Source of the DNA: Podarcis pityusensis
Taxonomy: Eukaryota
Length of the DNA: 64,000 bases
Assembly: GCA_964106645.2 (NCBI GenBank)
Contig: OZ067051.1
Direction: 5' to 3' (one strand)
Numbering within the stretch: position 1 is the first letter of the stretch; every line of letters begins with the position of its first letter. The notes under the pieces are model-generated. The model was not told the DNA's origin. It saw only the letters and a list, made by a program, of their open reading frames with translations, and did not search any database. Position numbers and translations under genes: made by a program. Positions 31,849 to 45,500 of the stretch are shown piece after piece.

Positions 31849-34800
31849 GTCACACTCAGAACAGATGCCCTTTGCGTTCTCTGTTCCCTGTCCCCCACCA
31901 GAACCCTGCAGTGCTGCTGCTGCTGCTGCTGCCACCCCTTGGGAAAGGTGATGGAGTGGTGACTCACAGGCCCAGCCTTCCTGGGCATCTGAGGTTGCTG
32001 GGCCTGGTAGCTGCCACCCACAACAAAAGGCAAGAAGATCAAGGAGCCAGGGAGGGTTGAGCTGTATCCTTGAAACAGCTCTTGGTGCAGTTTCTTGTAT
32101 TGCAGGGGGTGTTAATATCTGCAAATCCACCAGAGAATTCAAGCATCCATCAGATTCCATTGGTCTCCGAAGGCTGACCATTTCAAGTTCCTCCGGCACT
32201 GCAGCATGCAGTAGCTGCCTTCAGCCCAAACCTCACCAGGGAATGCTCTGTCGGTGATGATGGATTCACAATAAGCCCCCCCCCCTTACAGTGTGTGAAG
32301 CCCATCCCCAGCCATATGTGCTGGCCCAGTGATGTGCCAAGACAGCTTCGTGGTTATCATATGGGCCATGAAGTCCTAGGCTGGCCCATCTGAGGCAGCC
32401 TCAGCATGGACATTGAAGCCGCCAAAACTGCCATGAAGGGATTCTCCAACACCACATTCAAGACTACCTCCGTCAGCTCGCTTCCATTCCCATGGAGGTC
32501 AGAGGAAAAACACTCTCCCCACCCTCACCCCCGCCGAATTGCTATTTATCAGGTATGAGGAACTGGTTAGTCTTGGCCTTGTCTTTCCCGGGTGGGAGGG
32601 GTTTCACAACAGGCACTATCAGCCTAAATTAGATTGTGTTGCCTCCAGTGTGAGAGTGGCCAACTGCAAACTCAAAATGACCCAAGCTGGGGCTGTTTAT
32701 CGTCCATCACTGCTGCCAGGAAGGATGTTTTATTATCTGTGTGGTGCAGCAGCAGTGGCAGCAGCAACACACATCTCTGCAGACTTCTTCAATGCTGCTG
32801 TGAGGGAGGGCAGCAATCAGTAGATCAATGCTGAAAGCACCCCCCCCCCAAATGATAATCTTGCCTTAAGCAAATGAAAGCAGCATCATGCAAGTCTTTT
32901 GCTGGAGGTTGGGGGAGAGGGAGAGGGCCGACCAGCCTTTGGCAACTGTGCTTCCTTTCTCTTAGACCTTCTTCACTCTGCTCAATAATTCTTCCCAAGT
33001 TGGGAGGCAAGGAGAGTAGTAGGAGGGTGAGATACTGAGACATTTCTAACCCAACGAATGCCAAACACCTTCTCCTCACCTTAGCCCAGCACCTTGCAGC
33101 CTTGAGCAGATGCCTGCCTCACTCAACCCCATCCCTTCCTGGCATGTGATGCAGCCACAGATGCTAATCAGTTCCAATCAGAGCTCTACTCAGAAGCTGC
33201 GATCTGCTCTGCTCAGCATTTTCAAGAAAGATATGTTCAAATCACATGCAAAGATCTAAGCTGGTTAATTGTTTTGAAAGTACAGCCCAGGCTATCTCAT
33301 GAGTGCAGACATCCGTAGACTAGAGCCCCATACCCTCTGGGGCCAGAAAACCAAAAGGCCTAAAAGGCCAGAAAACCACTTAGATGTTCTCCTGCCACGA
33401 GTTGAGATGGCTGAGTCGAGAGCTGAATCAATGACTTCCAGGTTCACACCCTCAGGACCTATGTTCTATCACTAGACCCTTAGCTATAGTGAAATACGAC
33501 CATCTTTCGGCCCTGTACCACCCTACACCACCTATGCTCTTTCACTGCATGGACGAAGCCCACAGAGAAGAGGGTGGCATAGTTTCAGGACAGGGTGTGT
33601 GTGGGCGGGGGGAGAGGGTCAGGCATTCACATCCAAAGAGAAAGGAAATGGCTGGCCATCATTGTTATCAAACTTTATTTCCTCGTGAAGGAGTGCCCCC
33701 TTCCCTCAAGTTACTAGTGTGCCAGAAACTGAATGTTTTCTACATCTTCACTTTAGTTTGGAGTCTGGCACAAGAGCTGTGTTTGTGGCTTTGACAATGA
33801 TGCCCACTTGGAAATCCAACTAGAGAACCTCTTGAATCCACTTTTGACATCCCATTCCCCACAAAGTGCCTTCAGTGAACCTCTTTTGAATGTGGGATGA
33901 CTATTCCTTGAAGTTACAAATGCATCCAGTAAGCAGCTCATACAAAAAGGCGACACCTGCTGGTAGTACATTCTTGAAATTACAGAAGTTTAAAGGAAGT
34001 AACTGTTTGTGTTTGGTTCCTGCCTGCCTCCATACCCATTATATGGGCTTTTAATGCTGGTGAGCAGAGAAAGAAGCTGAGTGGCTCTCCACTCCAACCT
34101 ATTCCATGTGCTCTCCTATTGGATCACTGCTGGGATGACCAGTGGGTGTATGCTTCTGAATAGCACCAGCTGCTAGAAACTGCAGGTGGGCTGGTACACC
34201 AGGGTCCTGCTTGAGAGCTTTGCTTTGGGGCATCCGATTGGCTTTTGTGAACACAGGAGACTGGGCTAGATGGATCATATATCTAATTTGACAGCTGGGC
34301 TCTTCTCTTCAGAGTTCCCCCTCCAGTACAGGAGAAAGGGTATTTTCAGGAGTGCCCCTCCCAAGGAGACCCACTTGGCACTACCACTACCATTTTGGGA
34401 GGGGTTTCCAGGCCAAGACTGTTCTTGATTCCCAGACATTTGATGGTTGAGGTCTCTCTTCTGCTGCTGGCAGGTAGTGTTTGCTGAACTGTTATGTCAA
34501 GGCTGTTTTGTTGTTTTAAATTTTCAATACCTTACATGATTGTCTTCAGTTGGTATGTATTCTGTTTACCAGCTTTCCAAACACGTGTGTCGGCTGCAGT
34601 GTGTGTGTTGCACAAACAGTCCCCGCGCTGCTCCCGGGGCTGGAAAGGGGATAGTTTAACCTCCGGTTTGCTAGTAAAACTTAATGACTGTGTTGCAAAA
34701 TGATGCATGTCTAAAAAGTGTGTCACCAACATGAAATGTTTGGAAACCTCTGCTGTATACTTTTCTTGTAATGATATAAATAGCAATGAGATCTTTGTGG

Positions 34801-34949
34801 AATGAGGTGATGAAATAAATATTACAGTATCTTGTTATATCTGATGCTTTCTATTGATGCAAGTAGCCCTGAGAATATATATTGAAGGGTGGTGGACTCG
34901 GGGGCTCTTGCACTATCTTTGTGAGGATAAGAACAGCTACAGCGACAGC

Positions 34950-36180
34950 AGCAGGAGGGTCTCATCGCTGCTGAGGCAGGAAGAGAGCAGACGGAGAAGT
35001 CGAGTCCCGGGCCTGAAAGCCTCTTCGCCGCCCTCCGGCTTCCCGACCTCCAGACGAGCCAATGGGAGGAAGGAAGCCACAGGCCAGCTGGCTCCGGGAC
35101 CTCCGCGGGAGGCGTCCCCAGGCAGCCTCTCTATCGTACCGGTTTGCCACCGTCGAAAGAGGGGAGTGGTGCATCACGGGAAGCGGCGGTTGGAGGCGAA
35201 CCAGAGGTGTTGTGGGTAAAGCGAGTGGGCGTGGCGCATTGCTTCACTCCCGCTTCCCGCGGAGCCGGCTGGTCAGCTGACCTGCTCCTCTTTCTACTCG
35301 CCCCCCGCCCTCCGCCCGGCTTCTTTGGCGCAAGCGCACGACAGTCTCGCGTGAGCCGACGAGACGTGGCTGAGTGCCTCGGCGCCCATCCAGTGCTGAA
35401 GGGAGGCGTGCGGAAGTCCCGCCCTCCCCTAGCGGAAGAGGGCATTGTTGTGGCCGACGTCATTCACGGAGGACGCGGGCGTCCCATTGGGTCGGACTCT
35501 CTGGTTGGAGCGCGGCCGAGTCGTTCGCTCGCTCGCTCGGAGGGCGGGCAGACGGACGAGCAGCCCGCGCCCATGGCCAGCACCGGCAGCCCCCTGGTAA
35601 GCTCCGCGCGGGAGCCGGCGGGGAAGAGGGGAGGAGAGGAGCGGCCGCTTGGCCTGCGCTGCCTTCCGGGAGGCCGCGGCGCGAGCGGGACCTCTGGCGG
35701 AGGGAAGGTGGGGTTCGCCGCTCCCCGACCCCGGATCTCCTCTTGGCCAGGGGCTCTGCAGGCGCCTCGGGGTCAGCCTGGGATCCTGGCCGGAGAGGGG
35801 CGGGGCCCAGGCTACAGCACGGAAGCGAAAGCTGCGGAGGAGCCGGCCGGGCCCTGACCTCCCCCCCCCCCGGTGTTTGGCCTCCCGTCGTCTTACCTGG
35901 ATAAGCAGGCAGGCCTCGGCTAGAGCCTGCCTTGTTTTGCGTAGCGGCGCGGGATCCCCGTGAAGTGAGTGCCCCACTTAGGCGTGGAGGGGCGCGCCCA
36001 TTTGCCCTCGGAATTCCACCTCCTTTCCCCGCCGGCAACGGAGAGGGCAGCTCGTCTTCCGGTGTGCATTGGGTGTTGGCGCCTCCGACTGTCGCGGGCG
36101 ATACGGAGGTTGCGATTTCGGCTACATTCCGGGCTTAGCATTAGCGATAGAGCAGTGTGTCGCCTTAGCCCACCGTTTTG
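34950..36180. promoter_or_regulatory. CpG island / PDPK1 promoter
   Basis: Dense CpG, GC boxes, ETS GCGGAAGT at ~35410 and inverted CCAAT at ~35486, surrounding exon 1. Confidence 0.85.
35573..35596 (+). CDS. PDPK1: PDPK1 exon 1
   Basis: cccATGg; MASTGSPL|gtaagc (human MARTTSQL). Confidence 0.88.
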
Positions 36181-39100
36181 GGGGCCCTGCTAGTCCTGAG
36201 GGATTGAAAAGCTGAATCTTCCAGTGGTCAAAGAAACTTCTTATATATTAGTTAAGGAGCAATTCTGTAAGGCAGACGTCATGCAAAGGATGCCCAGTTG
36301 ATTTACAGCTGAGGTGAGATCTAATACGCTCAGTCCTTAGGAGGTGCTGCTGTAGAGCAAATTCTTTATTTTTTCAATATATGTGTAGCATTTGATGCTT
36401 GTTGTCAGAGGCTTTCATTTTCAGCCTGTTCTACTTCAAATTTGTTTCACATCCTGATTTAAAGTTCTTGAGTAATTGCCGTTCTTCCCAGTAGTTTCGT
36501 TGACACAGTTGGCCACCGTCATGCTGTTCATGTGTCATTTAGTAAAAAGTGCCCATTGTTCTGTGGCACCAACTCAACCTATTCCCACTTACTTACAAAT
36601 ACATATCAGCTGGTGAAAACTGGCACAGGACAGGCAGCTACCCGGTCCTCACATTATGTCACATGTGCTTGAGGAAGTGTAGATGTTGTTTCCATATGAC
36701 CTCTTGTTATCAGCAGAATTAAAAATGCAAATGCCAGCCATGAGTACATATGCCATAGGAGGCATAGAAGACTCCACATTGTATTGAATCAAATAATGAC
36801 TCATCCAACCAATAATTCCCGGAGCTGGGCAACAGTAGTTGAATGGAACAGAGCCTGGCATTTTTATACATGCAAACCACAAGTTCTAGAACACTTATGG
36901 CCTTTTCTGCAGAATTGTGTGACTTTATGCCACCATCAGAGTTCAAACAGGTGTGTAGCAAGGTGTCACAGGTGTGCCTGTGCCCTTTGCACTTTCATCA
37001 GCTTACTTGACTTTTCTTAGTACTGTAGAATGACTTAAATGTGAAAATGATTCCAGATTTCTTGTGCAGTTTGTGTGTGCATCTGCCTAGCATCATGTAT
37101 TGTGTGCAAACAGTGTACACTTGCTTATTCTGTGTTCCCCAGAGATAGGCAGATGTAACACCATCCTAGATCAAACTTCTTGAGCCTGATATCCTCCACA
37201 TATTTTTATTACAATTCCCATTAGCAGTACCCAGCATGGCTGTGCTGAAATCATAGTCCAAGGCATCAGAAGGGCACCAGGTTGAGGAAGGCTGTCTTAG
37301 CTTCTTGGATTATGGCATCCCACATGGTGGGTCTTCTGAGTCCAGGGATGGCTCTGCCTTGAAATTTGTAGGCCCTGTTAAGTTCCATACTGAAGAAGAA
37401 GCTCCATTGTATATTGCTAGGGCATGAATTATATATGTCATTGCAAGTAATTATCAGGGGGCACTTTGCCTGCTCTTTGCTGTGAGCATAAAATACTGCA
37501 CTTGCCAAAATGTTATCATTCTGCTACAAAGCAAACTTGCATTTCACTGGTGATCCTAGACTTCTCAAGGCTGGATGTATGGAGTGGCAGCTGCTGCTGA
37601 ACTGTATACCATCTATCTGGCTACAGAACTCATTACCTGGGCAAGTCGACCACATGCTGTGACTCCTGAGAGAGCAGGAGGTTCTTTATTTATTATGTTT
37701 ATTTTTAATTATCTGCTATGTGTATTTTCTCTTGGAACACAATTGTTCTAAATATAAAGCATAATAAAATAGTCATCCCATTAAAATCACATTAAACCTC
37801 TTAAAACTAAACAAAACAGTTAAAACAGAAGTGATTAATAAAAGCAACTCTAGTTAATTAAAAACAGTTAGCTTCATGCCATATTGATGCTTTTTTATCT
37901 GTGGTTTATTGCTGATATATAGCCTTTGACACAATGAAAATAATGGGCTGGACTCAAAATTCAGGTGGGGGTTGAAACCAGCATAAAATTTCAGTTGCTA
38001 GGTAAGTGTAACAAAGGTGTGTGCATTTTAAAAATCATGTTAGAAGTAATAAGCTACAGAAGTAGAGGAACTGTTATCTAGGCAATAGTATTTCTATTCA
38101 GTGTGTGTCAGCAGGATTTTTATAACACTTTCAAACCTACGCATACCTGGCCTGGGTACTTTTCTTTGGCATTGGCAAGAGCAAGTGGGACATAGTAAGG
38201 CAGCCATTAAAGCCATGGCCCATTACAAGTTAGCTCATTTATTCAGTCTGGAACACTATTTTTACTCTGAAACTGGATTCATACCTAGATGGCAGACCTT
38301 GATAAGCTGTTCAGAGGAAATTGAAATGGCGATGTCAAATGGATAGGAATGTTTCAGCCAGTCTGATGTGGAAACTTGGGTTTTCTGAGGAGTCTTGACA
38401 TCTTATAAACCTCTCTCACCTGAAGAAATAGCAACACTGAAGGAAGGAAAGAATTAATCATTCATTTAATTTCCTTAAAGTTAAGAGTCTAAAGGAAAGT
38501 CTGAAAGTTGAACTTGTTGATAATGAAAAGCTTCCTGATATAAATGGGGAAGCTGCTTGACTTTGGATATTTGAATACCTCTCAATGTAAACAATACTGA
38601 ATTAGATGGACCAATTAGCCTGACTTGGTATCAGTAGTTTCCTGTGTTTCGATGAAAAAACAGGCACCAAGCAATCAGTGAAGCACAATTCCATACATTC
38701 ACCATAGCAGTCCTCAATATGCTAAGCTTCCAGTCAAAAACATTACTGTTTCTCATAATTATTATTAGAATGTAGTTGGAGGCTACTATTCTACTGTAAG
38801 ATGACAGAATGACCAGAGGTCCTAGGAGCACATTGTAATAAAATAGTGGAGGAATTGTAAGTTAGTAGGTAGTGTACCTGCTTTGCATGCAGAAGGTCCT
38901 ATCTTGAGTCTCTGGTGTCTTTGGTTATGTAAGGATATTTTAAAGCCACAAATTGCAGAATTATTATTTCATTTGAGTAAGCTGCTCTTTTCACTGGTTT
39001 GCGTGTCAAATATTAAAACGCCAAATCGTTTCAGACTGTTTCAGTTTCTCTCTAGCTAATTGGATGTGTGTGTTAGACTTACCAAGTTCTTCAGGCAGCT

Positions 39101-42100
39101 TCCGAACTTTGTGGGTTGGATTCCTTTAGCCTTCAGATCTCTGAAGACCTGCTGTGATCTGAAAGACTTTGGCTTTTATAGATTCAAGTATAGGCTGGGA
39201 CCTTAGGGTGAAGGGTGTGTAATTAATAATAGTAATTATTTGTGAAGCAGTAAGGTGGCAACTCTTGACTCTTGAAATTCAGGTCATGAGGTGGCCATTT
39301 TTGTGTGTTTTGTACATGCTTGATCTATGGAATCACAGCAATGTAGCATAGTTGCCATGATCGCCAGTAGGTGCCTGTAGCCCCCCCTTTTTTGTGGGGA
39401 GCAGCACTCCTGAACTTTGGCATATTTCCAACTAGTATACGGGGATGTGTGGCTAATAGATTGCAAGCTGCAGCATCATGTACATTCTTTCTCTTTCCTT
39501 CAGTACGATGCTGTTCCAATCCAGTCCAGCGTGGTTTTATGTTCCTGCCCATCACCATCAATGGTGAGGAACCAGGCAGATCCCAGCCCTTCACCTGTTG
39601 CTGCTCCCTGTGGCAGCAGGCAGGGACTGAGCATGGAGGGCACAACGGCTGAGCCAAGGGGGAGTGAAAAATCCTTGCAGCAACCTCCACAGCCTCGAAA
39701 GAAACGCCCAGAGGACTTTAACTTTGTCAAGATTCTGGGCGAAGGGTCTTTCTCAACAGTGAGTATCTACTGCAACTGTGGGTTCTGGGAGTGTCATGGC
39801 AGAAGCCAGCCGTTTGGCCTTTGTGTATCATTCAGACAGTTCTCTCCCCCTCCCCCCAGCATTCTCTAAGGAAAGCACTTTGCCCACCAGCTTGCCCGGA
39901 GGAAGGTTCTACTTGGCTCTGCAGGAGGTCAGAGAAATAATGTTCACAGCTGTTGGCTGTTATGGTACTTTTTGTCCTCTTGTGGCCCCTGCAGTCTCAC
40001 ACCAGACTTTTAGTGAGATGAGGTTACCACCTCTGTCTGTCCTCATTGAACCCCTGCTGTTGTGCACATGTTCCATTGACAGGTTTTGACTCTCCACCCC
40101 TGTGATGTGTCATTGCTTGCTATAGCTGCCCCCCCCCAAAAAAAATCAAAAACAAAAAACCTCTTGGGTACATTAGGATTTCTGGATTTTATGACTTCTT
40201 ACAAAATGATGGTTTACCCCTTCCCTTCTGGACATATAGGACCAGATTCACCTAACCAAGCACACTAGCAAAGGCCAGTGCAGTGACTCCCACTCCCCCA
40301 CCCCCCCGAAAAAAATCTGCCCTAGGAAGTTGGGAGAACCCCCCAGAACAGTTCCTACATGTTGTCTTTAGGGAGTGCTGGGAATGTGTATGAGACTGGC
40401 TGATGTAACTGGTGTGGATAGAGCAATGGTCCCTTGGGGCCCTGGGCTCCAATGGGCGGAATTCCCCTTTTCCACTCACCCCCTCAGTAGGTTGGAGACC
40501 TTTTGTGGGATCTTAGTTGCGTGCAAAACATAAGGCAGTTCTTATTTCCCATTTAACAGGTCTTCTTGGCCAGAGAATTGTCTACCTCCAGAGAATATGC
40601 CAGTGAGTAACCCTTTCTTCATTAGGGTGTGGATTTTAGATGGATGATGTCCTGTCCTCATAATGGAGCCAAAGGAAGTCTAGGTTACGCCTGCTGCTGC
40701 TTTTGTGGGAAGCTGCTCTCTAAGTGTAGCTTCATAGTCAAGCAGAGCAGATGAGTTTGCAGCTTCACTGTGTATTTCCCAAGTGTGTTGTAACTTATTT
40801 GTCTTTTTAAAAGTTAAAATTCTGGAGAAGCGCCACATCATAAAAGAGGGCAAGGTGCCGTGCGTGAATAGGGAGAAAGATATCATGTCTTGCCTGGATC
40901 ACCCTTTCTTTGTCAATCTCTACTTCACCTTTCAGGATGATGAGAAGCTCTGTATCCTTCTGGATGGAAATATTTCATGGTGATATTTGTTGGGATAATG
41001 TGTGTGGAAAAAAGAACCATGTTTCTTCATTTGCTAACTCAATGATGTTTTCCAAATAGTTGTACCAGAATTCATAGGCAGGATACAAATGTGAAAAATC
41101 TTGACTCTTGTAAACCTGGCAGAGGACGAATCTTGGGCCCCCCATGGGTATGACAGTGCATTAAGGCACCCCACTCAGCCTCCCTCTCCCACTTTCTATT
41201 TTTTAATTGATATTTTTTGTTTGATGAGATTGCCTAGTTTTTGTGGTAGGAGGAGGTTTGTTGTTGTTTTTACTGTGTTTTATTTGTCTCTAGGTGTCTG
41301 TGCTTTGCCTTTTAGGTGTATGGGGCTGTTTCTGAATACCACCAGTTTTTCTTCTGTTGAATGTGTATGTTGTGGTGTCCACAAGTTTCTTTTATCTCTA
41401 AATGTGCCCCTTGTCCCAAAATGATTGGAGACTAAGTTAACCGCTGCACCATATTGGCCCGAATATAAGCTGCACACTTAAAATTCAAGGTTTATTTACA
41501 GGTGCTGGTGCCGGCTGCCCCCCGTTCAGGGCGGTAGTGCCAGGAGGCAGGCATGGAGCGCGCTCAGAGCCCAGCACCAGCACCGGCTTGGGTAGCTGAG
41601 TGCCTGCCTCTGAGCTGGTTGGCGGTACGCGTGCTCCCTAGCTTCGTGGGGGGGGGGGAGGCGTGCGCAGGCTAACCAGCTAGGGAACATGCGCAGGCTA
41701 ACCAGCTAGGGAGTGTGTGCACCGCCAACCAGCTGGGAGGCTGCGCATGCTCCCTAGCTGCTTGGCGGGGGGGGCAGTGGCGTGCCCACCTCCCTGCTGG
41801 TTGGTGGTGCGTACGCTCCACCCCCACCGCCAACCAGCTGGGAAGTGGGCATGCCTCTCCCCCCCCATCAAGCAGCTAGGGAGCGCACACTGCCAACTAG
41901 CTGGGAGGTGCGCCACTCCCCCCCCCCCCGCCAAACATGCGCTCCCCAGCTGCTTTCAGCAGCATATGGTAAAAAAATCACCAATATAAGCCGTACTTTT
42001 AACTTTTCAGGGTCCGAAATTGGGAAAAAAGTGTGGCTTATATTCTGGCCAATACGGTAAATCTTTGGCTGTGTGCAGAGTCCAGCCTTCTCTTTCCAAG

Positions 42101-42472
42101 CACATCGCCACCTATCCCTTCTAACATTGCCTCAGATTATCTGCATTTGTGTTTTAGGGTCCAGAGATTCACAGTATAAATTATCCTTAACTTAGTGTTC
42201 AGATTTTGGTCTTAGCTATGCCAAAAATGGAGAGCTTCTAAAATACATCCGGAAGATTGGCTCATTTGATGAGACATGTACTAGGTTTTATACTGCTGAA
42301 ATTGTGTCTGCATTAGAGTACTTGCACGGAAAGGGAATCATTCACAGGTAATGTAATGAATTCAAATCCATCTATTCTTGGTTCTTGTTGCTGTTGTCAT
42401 AGTTACTGTTTGTTGCCCTCCTGATAGATTTCTCCTGGTGGCTCTAAACTCAAAAGTTCCCATAGCAAGCAG

Positions 42473-42508
<36 letters not shown>

Positions 42509-45500
42509 TGTCTTAGGTACCTTTGTTGAGACTTCCTGGCTTTCCTGCATTCCTCACCTGTGGTGACACCAGCCTAGTTAATTTGGCACAAGGCATTGGC
42601 TGCCTTGGAGTACAAAGTATCCAGCAATGGATGGGGATTTTGAACAGTTGAAATCTTTCTTTCCCTCCCTCTGTCGCCTTTTGCCTTGGTTTTTTTTTTT
42701 TTGTAGAGGAGAGGGACGTCCCATTCTGCCAGGTCGCTAGCAGAGTAAATGTAGCGCCTCTTCCGTACTGTTTGCCTGCCTGCAGTAGAAGGCAGAAGAG
42801 AAGAACTCAGCATGATCTAACATTCAGATTTGCTCCATGTCTCCCTGCCGCCTAGTCCCCTCCTAATCATTTGGGAAGCAGCTCCCAATACCAGGCAGAG
42901 GAGCAGGTAGGAATCTACTTCAAACCTACCAGAACAGGCAGAGACAGTAAGGGCCAATGGACAGGCTTAATTTCCTAGATAGCTGCTGTTACTTTAGAAG
43001 CCTGGGGGAGAATCAGCTTTCCATGGTTAGGGCCTTACATTGACAACTCGGGATTTCCTCAGGGGACACAAATAGTTGTTGAGGGCATGACTCTGTGCAT
43101 GCATGGCTCATTCCCAGCTGTGCCTTTTGCAGGGACCTGAAGCCAGAGAACATTTTGCTCAGCGGAGACATGCACATTCAGATTACAGACTTTGGGACAG
43201 CAAAAGTATTGTCTGCAGACAGCAAGCGAGGTGCGTGCAATTTCTCAACCTGTCAACGACTAAAGCAACTTTCTGCAGTTTCAAATTCCTTAAAACTGAC
43301 CACAGTATCCGATGCTACGTCTCAATGGGGTTTATGACGGTTCTTTACTGAGTAAAGGCAAAATGGCTATACCGCAGGAGATGACATCAGAGAGGAAACC
43401 TGCGGGGTTACTAAAATGGGGCAGCTGAAATCAGGTGATAGTGGGGTGCCCATGGGGTGAAATATTGCTTGGTAATGCTTAGTGTTGAGGGGGCGGGGAG
43501 CGTTTGAAAAACAATAGTCATTATGTAATATTGGATGCCTACAAATATAGTTAAATAAAAGCTGATGAAATTTGAATTGCACAACAAAAATGAAAGCATT
43601 GTTTCCAAATGAACACATCCAAGCCTTCATGAGGACCTTGTAAGGACATTTTTAATGATTAAATGCTTACTTGCATCTTGGTTTCTTCAGCACGGGCGAA
43701 CTCCTTTGTTGGGACAGCACAGTATGTGTCTCCAGAGCTGTTAACAGAGAAGTCTGCCTGCAAAAGGTGAGTTACATACGTTGCCTTTGTAGAGGGGTTG
43801 TATGACTGAGAGAGAGATCTTCAAGGCAAATGGGTGAGGCCTATTTCCATTAGGGTGTACCCCATTCTTGTGCCTCAGTGCCTCGTGCATAATCAACACT
43901 GAAACATTTTAAACAGCATGACAATGGCTCTTAGGATTGCTTTTGTCTATTTTTCTGCAACACGAATAGTTCATTAACCCTTGGATTTAACATAACATAC
44001 CAGCAAAACATGAGACAAGACGTTCTAAGCATTGTCATCATGTTTTCTTGCTGCAATCTCTTGCCGCTTTACTTGGTTTGTACATTAAACAAGACAGAGA
44101 ATTAGAAAGCTCTTTGTGGCCATTTAATTTATTTTTATTTTTTTAAGCACCTATTCAGCTTGGGATCATCTTCGAAGGGCTGTATTGGGACTTAGGCCTG
44201 GGCGATATATCAATATATTGCCCAGGACTGGTCCTTCCTCCAGCAGGCACTGCTAACAGAGGGACTCGGGAGCAGTGGCAGTTTCACCGGCGATATACCA
44301 CTGAGTGAAGCCGACATCGCGGTCTGCTCCTCATACCAGTCCCGGGCAATATATCAGTATATCACCCAGCCCTCATACAACGGAGAGGGAGAAACAAGCT
44401 CTATTGGCGAGGCGCCAATACAGCTGTTTCCTCCCTATGCATCTTTAAACTGCTTGGCTGAGGAGTGTGTAGCTACCCTTTCCTCAGTTGAGCAGTTAAA
44501 GGAGCACCCAGGACAAGTTGCATTGTCCTAACCCACGACTCTGGGTGAAACTGCCTCAGCACTCGAGGTGAGAGCTGGGGCAGTTTCACCCAGTGTTTTG
44601 CGGGGAGAGGACAATGCATCTTGTTTTTTCAGCATCGCAGTATGTCACCAAACTGCTATGTTTGGCTTGCGATACACTGCGTTTTTGAAAAGCTGATATC
44701 GCTCAGCCCTATTGGGACCTTGCTGAAGTCTCTCTTCTGCTGTTTCCATCCTTCCTGTGGGAGCCTAACCCAAGATGAGGAAATACGTAGATCTGGTTCA
44801 GGAAGTGTACAGTGGCAGCTTCTGCATCAGATCCTTCGGAAACGCCCAGGGATAAACACCTTTTCTTCAAGGTGCCTTTACCAGGCATTCCAAGTAAATT
44901 AGAGTCTGATACTCCAGGGGAATTTGCAGCTCTGCCTGAAAGGGAATCTGTTGTATGCTTTTGTTGTGGGTGCCTGAACTAGGAGATGGTGACATTGGAT
45001 ATGCCCACAGTGCTAACTCTTCTGCTTTGCCTTCTCATCTTTTTGCCTGTCTTCATGATGCAGTTCGGATCTGTGGGCTCTTGGCTGCATCGTATACCAG
45101 CTTGTAGCAGGATTACCACCATTCAGAGCCGGGTAAGACTTTGGAGCACACCAGTGCCAGACTTCCCACCAAGTTAGTGTTTGCCCGTGTACCCATAGGA
45201 TAGTATAGTTTCAACCTTGAAGTTGACTTATAGGAAATGTTTGCATAGATGTAACTATACTTTTCCCCATCCTTTTTGCAGAAATGAATATCTCATATTC
45301 CAGAAGATAATCAAATTGGAGTATGAATTCCCAGAGAAGTTCTTTCCGAAGGCAAAAGATCTCGTAGAAAAGCTTTTGGTAAATGAATTGTATTGTCAAA
45401 AGTTTCCAATGCATGCTAGAAGCCTCCAGTCAGATAACTTGCACAAAATGTGGTACTCATTGCTGCTGTTCTACCCCAGCCGGTGTTTTGGCCCTCTAGG

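Noticed and set aside
34807-34872. C/D-box snoRNA-like pattern (GTGATGA...CTGA...CTGA)
   Set aside because: No terminal stem, no host intron on this strand and no guide I can match to rRNA. A snoscan or Infernal search would settle it.
35131-36141. Multiple overlapping 100-237 aa ORFs
   Set aside because: Typical stop-poor CpG-island artefacts; only the 24-nt PDPK1 exon 1 is supported.
41600-41960. CRISPR-like or minisatellite array (repeated accagctgggag units)
   Set aside because: Eukaryotic context, irregular spacing, both orientations, and enclosed by transposon TIRs.
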